A stretch of 64,000 nt of DNA. Source: Patescibacteria group bacterium (lineage in GTDB: Bacteria > Patescibacteriota > Patescibacteriia > Patescibacteriales > UBA12465). The position numbers and the translations under genes are program-made. A model generated the notes under the pieces. The model saw only the letters and a program-made list of their open reading frames with translations, ran no database searches and was not told the origin of the DNA. This document shows positions 43,291-51,456 of this stretch, in pieces. Where the stretch lies: the NCBI GenBank assembly GCA_050949525.1, contig JBMNFW010000001.1, positions 591,890 to 655,889 on the forward strand, in the 5' to 3' direction. Within the stretch, counting starts at the first letter, position 1, and every line of letters begins with the position of its first letter.

Positions 43291-44682
43291 TTATTTCTTA
43301 AATAGCTTTTTAATAACCTCATTTAAGTTATTCAAAAAGATAAAATTAATATTTTTAAAAGTATCTTCTAATCTTTTTTGATCTTTGACAGAAGCCGATA
43401 AAAGAACCTGCTTAAACCCCATCTTACTAATCTCCCTTAACCGTAAATCAATTTGATTTACTGAGCGAATCTCGCCACTTAAACCTAATTCACCTAAAAC
43501 CATTAATCCTTGAGGTAGTTCTTGACCTAAAAACGAAGAAATAATAGCTAAAGAAGCAGCTAAATCTAGAGCGGTATCGTTAGTTTTAAAGCCACCCACT
43601 ACATTCAGAATAATATCTTGATTACTTAAATCTATTTTTTGTTTTTTAGAAATAACCGCGGCCAAAACTTGAACTCGATTTAAATCAAAACCCGAAGCCT
43701 TTCGCTGTGGATAACCAAAAACAGTACGACTAACCAAAGATTGAATATTAATTAAAAATGGGCGTTGTCCTTCTACTACACAAGAAAAAACTGAACCTGG
43801 AAACGAAACCGAAAGATCAGATTCTAAAAAAGAACTACTAGGATCTTTTAACTCAATAAATCCCTTAGCCGTCATCTCTAAAACCCCAATTTCATTAATA
43901 CTACCAAAACGATTCTTTAAAGATCGGATAATTGAATGACCACCACGACCATCATTTTCTAAAGACAATACGACATCAACTAAATGTTCTAAAGATTTAG
44001 GTCCGGCTACTTGCCCATCTTTAGTAATATGGCCAATCAAAAAAACTGGAACATTATATTTCTTAGCTAATTCCATAAACTTAACTGTTACTGCTCTAAT
44101 TTGACTAATACCACCCGCCTCATTAGCTAAAGTAGCTGAATAAATGGTTTGGATAGAATCAACTACTAATAAACTGGGTTTAAGTTTTAAACTAGATGAA
44201 ATAATTTTCTCTAAATTAGTTTCACCAATAAACTTAAACTTACTTAAATCGGCCTCTAATCGTTCTAATCTCATTTTAACTTGAGAAGCAGACTCCTCTC
44301 CAGAAATATATAAAACATCCTTTAAATCTTGATTATTTTTTAATAATAATTGAGCTACCTGAGCTAATAAAGTTGACTTTCCAACTCCCGGTTCCCCGCT
44401 TAATAAAATTAAAGATCCGGCTACCAAACCTTCCCCTAAAACTCGATCAAATTCACTGAGACCAGATTTCCAACGAATAGTTTTTAAATCCTTAATTTGA
44501 CTAAGATCAATAATTTCAGCACTATCAATTTTACTTAGCATATTCTCAGCGATTTTCTTAGAATCCTTAATATCTGACTTTAAAGTACCCCATTGGCCAC
44601 ACTCTAAACAACGCCCACTCCACTTAGGAAATTGGGCGCCGCAATGTTGACACTCATAAATTGTTTTTATTTTTTCCGCCAT
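43291..44682 (-). CDS. radA: DNA repair/recombination protein RadA (Sms)
   Basis: Zinc finger CQHCGAQFPKWSGRCLECGQWG, Walker A LLSGEPGVGKSTLL, the KNRFG motif (LKNRFGSINE) and a Lon-protease-like C-terminal domain. Confidence 0.95.
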   Translation of the reverse strand: MAEKIKTIYECQHCGAQFPKWSGRCLECGQWGTLKSDIKDSKKIAENMLSKIDSAEIIDLSQIKDLKTIRWKSGLSEFDRVLGEGLVAGSLILLSGEPGVGKSTLLAQVAQLLLKNNQDLKDVLYISGEESASQVKMRLERLEADLSKFKFIGETNLEKIISSSLKLKPSLLVVDSIQTIYSATLANEAGGISQIRAVTVKFMELAKKYNVPVFLIGHITKDGQVAGPKSLEHLVDVVLSLENDGRGGHSIIRSLKNRFGSINEIGVLEMTAKGFIELKDPSSSFLESDLSVSFPGSVFSCVVEGQRPFLINIQSLVSRTVFGYPQRKASGFDLNRVQVLAAVISKKQKIDLSNQDIILNVVGGFKTNDTALDLAASLAIISSFLGQELPQGLMVLGELGLSGEIRSVNQIDLRLREISKMGFKQVLLSASVKDQKRLEDTFKNINFIFLNNLNEVIKKLFKK

Positions 44683-44689
44683 GAGAATA

Positions 44690-45433
44690 TTAATTTTCTA
44701 ATTCCATCTCTACTAAAGTTTCTAATTCTTCCTGATCTAATTGTCCAATAAAATCTAGGTCATTAACCTGAATATAGGGAATGGACATAATACCTAAATT
44801 TTCGGCTTCTTCAATATTTTCAAAGATACCTTGATCAACCTCCGAACTATTTAAACAAGATTTAAATTCTTCAATATTTAATTGAAATTTTTGAGCTAAA
44901 TCCAAGAAAAATAATTGCCCTAACTTCTTAAAAGAATCCTCTTGTCCATAAAGATCATGATTATAATCCCAAGAATTGCTCTGTTGACGAGCACAAGCTG
45001 CAGCTCGAGCCGCCTGAAAAGAAAAACCTTCTAAATCAAAATAATCAGGATAATCTTTTTTCACTATTAACACTCTATCTCTAAATTTATCATAAATATT
45101 CTTTAGAATACTTTCCTGATCCTGACAAAAAGAACAAGCAAAATCTGACCAGTAAAATATTTTAACCTCCGCTTCTTCTGATCCTAAAAATAAATCAATA
45201 TCACTTTTAACTGGCTCTAAGGTTTTATCAACTAAACCTTGAGATGCCTTCTCTTGAGCCACTATTTCTAGAGAAATTTGATCCTTAGCTGAAAATAAAG
45301 AATCTTTAAACCAAGTTAAAAGTAAAATTAAAATTGAAAAAAGAATAAAGGATGCGATAATAAAGAAAGTATCATAACTATTCTTAAATTTTCTTTTTTT
45401 CATATTATTAACATTATTTATTATTATTTCCAA
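44690..45433 (-). CDS. Membrane-anchored DsbA-like thiol:disulfide oxidoreductase
   Basis: N-terminal TM (FFIIASFILFSILILLLTWF) and a thioredoxin-fold CxxC site in FYWSDFACSFCQ. Confidence 0.7.
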   Translation of the reverse strand: MEIIINNVNNMKKRKFKNSYDTFFIIASFILFSILILLLTWFKDSLFSAKDQISLEIVAQEKASQGLVDKTLEPVKSDIDLFLGSEEAEVKIFYWSDFACSFCQDQESILKNIYDKFRDRVLIVKKDYPDYFDLEGFSFQAARAAACARQQSNSWDYNHDLYGQEDSFKKLGQLFFLDLAQKFQLNIEEFKSCLNSSEVDQGIFENIEEAENLGIMSIPYIQVNDLDFIGQLDQEELETLVEMELEN

Positions 45434-46041
45434 ACTGCTGAATCAACCAGCCACTCACCACCTTCTTTTATGAATCTAATATTAATATCCTGTTTGAAAC
45501 TTCGCGGTAATTCATTTCCAACACTCTCCTCACGTTGAGTCTTAATCAAAATCTCAACTGGAGATTTACCTGATTCAAATTTCAAGACTTCCGGCTCCAC
45601 TAAAGCCTTAGCTGTAATACCATAAAATTCTCCCGAATAACTACTATTAGTTCTTAAATCATTAACATATTTCTTAGCCCAATCTTTCATTTTAGAGCTC
45701 ATAAAAACTTCTAAATCTTCAATATTGCTATAATTAGATTGATTGGAATAAGAACCAAATCTTTCCGCAAAAGATCGAGCTACTTGCTTAAAATCCTCCT
45801 CACCCCATTCTCTTTTACTTTCAGCCTCTTCATCAAAAGTATAAACTTTCAAACTCTCTCGCTCTTCTAACATTTCATAAAATTCATCTTCGGGAGTTTT
45901 CTCTACTTCTGAAGAAGGTGTTTTTCCAATACCCTTAAAAGGATTTTTTCCGGTTGAAGTAAAGAAAATAACAGCGATTAATAAAATTAAGGCTATAATT
46001 ATTAAAAAATAACCTGTTTTTCTTCGTCTTGAATTAATCAT
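45424..46041 (-). CDS. Single-pass membrane protein, unknown function (possible VirB8-like role)
   Basis: N-terminal TM (YFLIIIALILLIAVIFF) plus a ~150-aa extracytoplasmic domain ending in ...INIRFIKEGGEWLVDSAVWK, which reminds me of NTF2-like folds. It overlaps the downstream dsbA-like gene by 10 nt. Confidence 0.3.
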   Translation of the reverse strand: MINSRRRKTGYFLIIIALILLIAVIFFTSTGKNPFKGIGKTPSSEVEKTPEDEFYEMLEERESLKVYTFDEEAESKREWGEEDFKQVARSFAERFGSYSNQSNYSNIEDLEVFMSSKMKDWAKKYVNDLRTNSSYSGEFYGITAKALVEPEVLKFESGKSPVEILIKTQREESVGNELPRSFKQDINIRFIKEGGEWLVDSAVWK

Positions 46042-46060
46042 ATTGTTTTATATTAATTAT

Positions 46061-47968
46061 TTAAAACTTATCTTCTTCCTCTTTACCCATACTTCGAGCA
46101 AACTCTCTCTTAGCCTCCTCAATTTCTAAAAGTTGTCGCGGGTCAGAAGTTATTAACTGATCTTCACTATAGGAAGCCACCACCTTAATCGCCACATGCT
46201 TATTACCAGCAAAGAAAATACCTTCTCCAACTCCACATTCTAATAATAAATATTTTTCACCCTCAGTTAATAAGAAGGTTTTTTGTACTAAATTAATTGA
46301 GGCTGGCGATTGTTTTAATAATATCTGTAGAGAAGAGTTAGTAACAATAGCTTGACCATAAGGAGAAGTTAAAAAGTCATTAACATCCTGAGTAATAGTA
46401 GTAACTCCTAAATAATATTTTCGACATCGTTTCACTAAAGCAAAAATAAACTTAGCACTATCCTCGTTTTGCATCATCCACCAAGCCTCATCAATAACTA
46501 AAATCCTTTTTTTAGTTTCACTTCGAACTACATTCCAAATATAATTAACAATAGTATAAATAGCAATCGGCCGAAGCTCATCTTCTAAATCTCGAACTGA
46601 AAAACAAACTAATTGATTATTCATCTCCACATTAGTTAGACTATTTAAAAGTCCAGAAAAAGTTCCTTCCGTATACTTTTTTAAACGTAAAGATAATTCA
46701 TAGCCACCCTCCATACCCTCTAAAACCTGTTGAAAATCAGACAAAGTCGGCGGATCAACTTGAGATAAGTCAGAATCCGGAGTAATATCCTTTTTAGCAT
46801 AGGTTTCTAATAAAGCCCGGTCAACCACTGAATCTTCATCATGATTCAATTTACCAATCATTAAACGAACTAAACCTTTTAAGGTAATAACAGCGCTTCT
46901 GATAATATCTTTAGGCTTAGATTCACCACCAATAGATCGAGGTAAATCAAAAGGATTAATTTTATTTTCACTTGATAAAGATATATTAACATAAGTACCC
47001 CCAACTGCTTCCGCTAAATATTTATACTCATATTCTGGATCAATAATAATAACATCGGTACCCAACATTAAAGATCTTAAAACTTCTAACTTAATACAAT
47101 AACTCTTTCCGGCCCCCGAAGTAGCAAACACTACCGAATTAGCATTCTGTAAACTAAAACGATCAAAAAGTATTAAACTATTATTATGTCGATTAATTCC
47201 ATATAATATCCCTTTATCACTAGTTAATTCACTAGAAATAAAAGGAAAAGAAGAGGCAATTGGTGAAGAATTCATATTAAAAGTAATATAAAGTTCATCA
47301 TTTCCTAAAGGTAAAGTAGAATTAAAGCCTTGCTCAGCTTGATAAAATCCTCGCTTACAATACACCAATCGAGAACCAAAAATATCCTCTACCATATCAG
47401 AAAAACGATCTAATTCCTCTAAATTATCAGCATAAATAGTAACATAAAGAGCAAATTGAAAAAACTTTTCAGTTCCTTGAGTTAAAGAGTCTCGTAAATA
47501 TTCAATATCACGTAACGCGGTTTCTCGAATTGGATCTCGAGGAGCTCCCCGCTCCGAATCAGCCACAATTTGAGCTTCTAAATTACCAACTCGATTCTTT
47601 AATTGCTTTAAAATAATCGCACTCTTAACCGGATAAAAAAACATGGACACATCAAAATATTCATTGAGATTGATAATCGGAGCAAACCAACCAACGCTAA
47701 TATAGCGCGGGTAGCTAATAACAAAGATAGTTCGTAAAAACTTTTGCCCTAATTTTACATAAGTAGAGCTAACCTTAAAACTAGCTGGAGAAATTAAATC
47801 CCGAACTGACAAAACTCCCCGACGAAAAGCTTGCTCTTCTTCGATTAACTCCTTAGTCATTTCAATATCTTCATCCTTAATACCAACACGCAATAATTCC
47901 TCCTCTATTATACTTTTTCTCTTTTTCTTACTAGTAGAAGATGTTTCTTGTTTTTTTAAATCAATCAT
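46061..47968 (-). CDS. virB4: VirB4/TrbE/TraC-family type IV secretion ATPase
   Basis: Walker A VVFATSGAGKSYCIK, Walker B RILVIDEAWWMM, and the YPRYISVGWFAPII region typical of VirB4-like proteins. Confidence 0.8.
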   Translation of the reverse strand: MIDLKKQETSSTSKKKRKSIIEEELLRVGIKDEDIEMTKELIEEEQAFRRGVLSVRDLISPASFKVSSTYVKLGQKFLRTIFVISYPRYISVGWFAPIINLNEYFDVSMFFYPVKSAIILKQLKNRVGNLEAQIVADSERGAPRDPIRETALRDIEYLRDSLTQGTEKFFQFALYVTIYADNLEELDRFSDMVEDIFGSRLVYCKRGFYQAEQGFNSTLPLGNDELYITFNMNSSPIASSFPFISSELTSDKGILYGINRHNNSLILFDRFSLQNANSVVFATSGAGKSYCIKLEVLRSLMLGTDVIIIDPEYEYKYLAEAVGGTYVNISLSSENKINPFDLPRSIGGESKPKDIIRSAVITLKGLVRLMIGKLNHDEDSVVDRALLETYAKKDITPDSDLSQVDPPTLSDFQQVLEGMEGGYELSLRLKKYTEGTFSGLLNSLTNVEMNNQLVCFSVRDLEDELRPIAIYTIVNYIWNVVRSETKKRILVIDEAWWMMQNEDSAKFIFALVKRCRKYYLGVTTITQDVNDFLTSPYGQAIVTNSSLQILLKQSPASINLVQKTFLLTEGEKYLLLECGVGEGIFFAGNKHVAIKVVASYSEDQLITSDPRQLLEIEEAKREFARSMGKEEEDKF

Positions 47969-47982
47969 ATGTTAAATTTATA

Positions 47983-48660
47983 TTACTCAACTTGCAACTT
48001 CCTAATATCAACTAGGGGTTGATTACGAGAAGTTTCTGGATTATACGAATTATAGTACAACTCAATTAACTCCTGAGTGTTTAATTGTTTTACATCTACT
48101 CCCAAAGATAATAAAGCTGAAAAAATACTATCAACTCGACGAGATAAAGATTCTTTATACTTTAAAAATCTAGCCTCTTTTAATCTCAAAATTGTAGCTG
48201 GTTTTAATAATTCCGATAATTGAGAAAAGAACCCCTTTCTTTGATCAGAAAAAGGACTATAAGGCACTACCACAAAAAACTTCTTATTCATAATCTTTCC
48301 CATCGAAACTAATTCTTTAATATATTCAATATACTCACTAGTTTGTATTTTTAATAATTGATTGGTTTGTTCTCTTTCCTTACTTCGTAAAAGATCAATA
48401 TAGCCATCAATATTTAAATCTCGCGATTGAATAACAATTTGAATTGGAGTACTAATATTATTTAAAAATCGAACATAAGAAGAAATAATAGCATTTTGTT
48501 CATCCTCACTTTTTAAAGCAAAATTAATACTCGAAACTAATAAAACAGCTCGTAAAGTTCCATCTCGCATTACTACTGTATTATCTTTTATTTCCAAAAT
48601 ATCTAAATACTGTTGAGTGGAAACATTAGTAACTTTTTTCCCTTTATTTTTTCCAACCAT
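47983..48660 (-). CDS. Hypothetical protein resembling the N-terminal domain of VirB4-type ATPases
   Basis: QQYLDILEIKDNTVVMRDGTLRAVLLVSSINFALKSEDEQNAIISSYVRFLNNISTPIQIVIQS follows the pattern I associate with the N-terminal region of Gram-positive VirB4 homologs. There is no P-loop. Confidence 0.35.
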   Translation of the reverse strand: MVGKNKGKKVTNVSTQQYLDILEIKDNTVVMRDGTLRAVLLVSSINFALKSEDEQNAIISSYVRFLNNISTPIQIVIQSRDLNIDGYIDLLRSKEREQTNQLLKIQTSEYIEYIKELVSMGKIMNKKFFVVVPYSPFSDQRKGFFSQLSELLKPATILRLKEARFLKYKESLSRRVDSIFSALLSLGVDVKQLNTQELIELYYNSYNPETSRNQPLVDIRKLQVE

Positions 48661-48666
48661 ATATAT

Positions 48667-49110
48667 TTAAAATTTACTTTTAATTTCATCACTATCTCCG
48701 CCTCGATAACGACCCTTAGTATCAACAATCAGAGAAATTTCAGCCAATTTTTCTTTAGAGAAATATTTTTTCGGAGGTAAAATATTCTCATATTCAATTT
48801 CCTTTTCTTCCTTTTTTTCTAAGCTTAAAGCTTTGTGATTCCAGACTCTTAGTTTCGGTTTCTTAACAGTTTGAATTAAGCTAAGAACAAAAAAATGAAA
48901 AGGACGTCCATTAATTTTTAAAAAAGCAAAAGTTCCCGCAATAGCAAATATTAAAACTGAAATTAAAACAAAAGCAGTAAAATCAAATAATTTATAAGTT
49001 AAAAAGATCATTAAACCCGCCGCTAAAAAAATCAAAAACTGCCTAGTAGTTATAGGTCCGATAATCTTAGGCTCAACATCAATAAATTGCGGAACGGTAA
49101 ATTGCTGCAT
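48667..49110 (-). CDS. PrgI-family (VirB3-like) small membrane protein
   Basis: MQQFTVPQFIDVEPKIIGPITTRQFLIFLAAGLMIFLTYKLF with two TM helices. Its position just upstream of the VirB4 region matches Gram-positive T4SS loci. Confidence 0.65.
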   Translation of the reverse strand: MQQFTVPQFIDVEPKIIGPITTRQFLIFLAAGLMIFLTYKLFDFTAFVLISVLIFAIAGTFAFLKINGRPFHFFVLSLIQTVKKPKLRVWNHKALSLEKKEEKEIEYENILPPKKYFSKEKLAEISLIVDTKGRYRGGDSDEIKSKF

Positions 49111-49112
49111 AC

Positions 49113-50306
49113 TTAAAAAGTTAATTCTCTATTAAACTTAATAATAGTATCTAATTCTTCTCGGGTCAAATAATCATCATTATTATTTCTAAAATACTCA
49201 ATCACTTCATCCAAACTAAGGGATTCATTACTGGCCTTAAAAAACATCTTTAAATATAGTCGATTAACTGGACTTTGCCGCCAAGCTTTAATACCCTCGA
49301 TCATTTTACCATAATCTATACCCTCTAAAACCTTTAATTTCTGAGCTACCTTTTTTAAAGCTTCCTGAGGATCAGATGATAATCTTCTAAAATTTACTAA
49401 ATCTAAATACCGAATTTCATCAATAGGTCCAGTTATTTTTACTCTTTTAACATCAGTCATAGGAACTTTTCCACTCGGGGTGATAGGACTAACTGGAGTA
49501 GAAACCTTAACCTGAACTTCTTTTAGCTCTTCCTCGACCTCTTCTTCTTCTTCCTCTCCTTCCGAACTAATAATGGGTAAACTAAAAGATTCTTCATCTA
49601 ATTCACGCCGAGGAGAAGGTAAATGAAAAACATCCTCTTCAGGTGATATCATTAATAACTCTTCTTTAGGAGCAATTAATCCATGTTTTAATTGACCAAT
49701 TTTATTCAGAACCCCTGATTCCACTTGAAAAGAAGATTTTAATTCTTCCTTATCCTTCTCTAGCACTTCCTGAATAATCATAAAAATATTATCAATCATT
49801 TTATTGGTCAAACCAAAACCACCACTATCCTGATTAATGAGTAAAGTCTCTCGAACATCATAACGTCCTTTTACTCCTCGTAAATATTTTTCCAAAAGAT
49901 CTATAAACGCAGCTTCTTTCTCTGAATTATTAAATTTGAACTGTAAAATTCTAATAATCTCTTTAGCCCAAAAATTAACCTTCTGATTATATGGACTAAT
50001 CTCAGGCTCTGATTCTTCCACTTCAGAAACTAAACCTAAATAAGGGAGAACGGAGAAAAAAATCTCAGCTTTTAAATCTTCTACCAAAGATAAAGCTTGA
50101 TCCTCTTCTAAACCTAAATCTAAGCCTAAAATTAAAGATAAATTTTTAAAATTAAGATCCTTAACCATGATTCTCATAATCATCGGGGCTAAATCAACCT
50201 GATACTTTTTCTCTAAAACACTAATCTTCTCCAGGGCTTCAGGAGAAGAAACGACTTTCTTTAATTCAGGACTTAATTGTTTAAATCTATCTAAATAATC
50301 AAACAT
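49113..50306 (-). CDS. Hypothetical protein (acidic central linker)
   Basis: 397-aa ORF with a poly-Glu stretch (SSEGEEEEEEVEEELKE). No family recognised. It lies within the T4SS-like operon, 2 nt from the next gene. Confidence 0.5.
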   Translation of the reverse strand: MFDYLDRFKQLSPELKKVVSSPEALEKISVLEKKYQVDLAPMIMRIMVKDLNFKNLSLILGLDLGLEEDQALSLVEDLKAEIFFSVLPYLGLVSEVEESEPEISPYNQKVNFWAKEIIRILQFKFNNSEKEAAFIDLLEKYLRGVKGRYDVRETLLINQDSGGFGLTNKMIDNIFMIIQEVLEKDKEELKSSFQVESGVLNKIGQLKHGLIAPKEELLMISPEEDVFHLPSPRRELDEESFSLPIISSEGEEEEEEVEEELKEVQVKVSTPVSPITPSGKVPMTDVKRVKITGPIDEIRYLDLVNFRRLSSDPQEALKKVAQKLKVLEGIDYGKMIEGIKAWRQSPVNRLYLKMFFKASNESLSLDEVIEYFRNNNDDYLTREELDTIIKFNRELTF

Positions 50307-50309
50307 ATA

Positions 50310-51434
50310 TTATGCTTTTTGACTAAGCTTTTTTATTTCACTTTCAATAGCCTTACGTTCTAAGCTATTAGCCGGATATTGCTCTAAAGACTTTTTCAAT
50401 TTAACAATTTTTGGATCTTCGACTGGTTTTTCAAGCTTCTTTTTTATAACTGGAGCTGGCTTTTTATTATCAACTTTCTTTTCCACCTTCTCTGGTTTAG
50501 ATACTGGCACTGCTTTTTCTACTTTTTGTTGAAAAACTGGCTCAGAGATAACATCTAGAGGGATAATAACCCAATCTTCTCGTGGAACACCAGTCATAGA
50601 ATCAGGGAAAAATACTAAATTTTTATACAATTTCAACACCTTTCTTAAAAGACTTTTTTCACCACTTGATAATTTTAAAACTTCTGAAGAAGAGCTTAAA
50701 TATTTAGCTAGAGCAATATTATTAGGCATATCACTACCATTTTCTTTAATAAAATGAGTAATCCAATTGGCAATACTAGGTTCTTGCTCTTTACCATCGA
50801 CTAAAACTCCCTGTGAAGAAATCAATTCCTTATTAGACATTAAAGCTCGACTAAATTTATTAAGAGAATCCGGTTTATTGATTAATAAATACAGTAATGA
50901 ACCATTAACATATTGTGAACCTTCGGTATCTGAATCTAATAATAATTCTAATAAATCTTCTTCTAAATAATTTATCACTATCTTTTCCTCCTCTTCTTCA
51001 TCAAAATCTTCAAGAAAATCCTCAACTAAATCAGCCACAATATCAAAATTAGTATCTTCAATTAAAGTTTTTAAATTATCAATGTTTTTTTTGTAATTAT
51101 CAGGGTTTCCTCCGCGTTCCTTAATCTCTTTTTTTATATCCAAATTTAAAAAACCCTCTAAAGGAAGAAATATTTTTCCTAGGAAATCAATAATAAAGTC
51201 TTTAGAGTTATTAAGATTAAATTGATGTTCCTCTAAACTTTTAGTTATAACTTCAATTTTGAAATCTGAAACAAAATAATCAACAATAATATCATAGATA
51301 TCATCAGAGCTTAAACCATATTTTAAGGCTAAGTCAGCTCGATCTTTTTGATCATGAATAGAAGAAAAATAAAGATTAACCTCTTCTGGTAATTGACTTA
51401 AAATTTGTAAAAATTTTATATTTTTATCCTCCAT
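50310..51434 (-). CDS. Hypothetical protein (acidic, Lys-rich C-terminus)
   Basis: 374-aa ORF with no family recognised, 3 nt from the next gene. The N-terminal ~95 aa loosely resemble those of the 397-aa neighbour. Confidence 0.5.
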   Translation of the reverse strand: MEDKNIKFLQILSQLPEEVNLYFSSIHDQKDRADLALKYGLSSDDIYDIIVDYFVSDFKIEVITKSLEEHQFNLNNSKDFIIDFLGKIFLPLEGFLNLDIKKEIKERGGNPDNYKKNIDNLKTLIEDTNFDIVADLVEDFLEDFDEEEEEKIVINYLEEDLLELLLDSDTEGSQYVNGSLLYLLINKPDSLNKFSRALMSNKELISSQGVLVDGKEQEPSIANWITHFIKENGSDMPNNIALAKYLSSSSEVLKLSSGEKSLLRKVLKLYKNLVFFPDSMTGVPREDWVIIPLDVISEPVFQQKVEKAVPVSKPEKVEKKVDNKKPAPVIKKKLEKPVEDPKIVKLKKSLEQYPANSLERKAIESEIKKLSQKA

Positions 51435-51456
51435 AAATATTTTAAATAATGATTAA

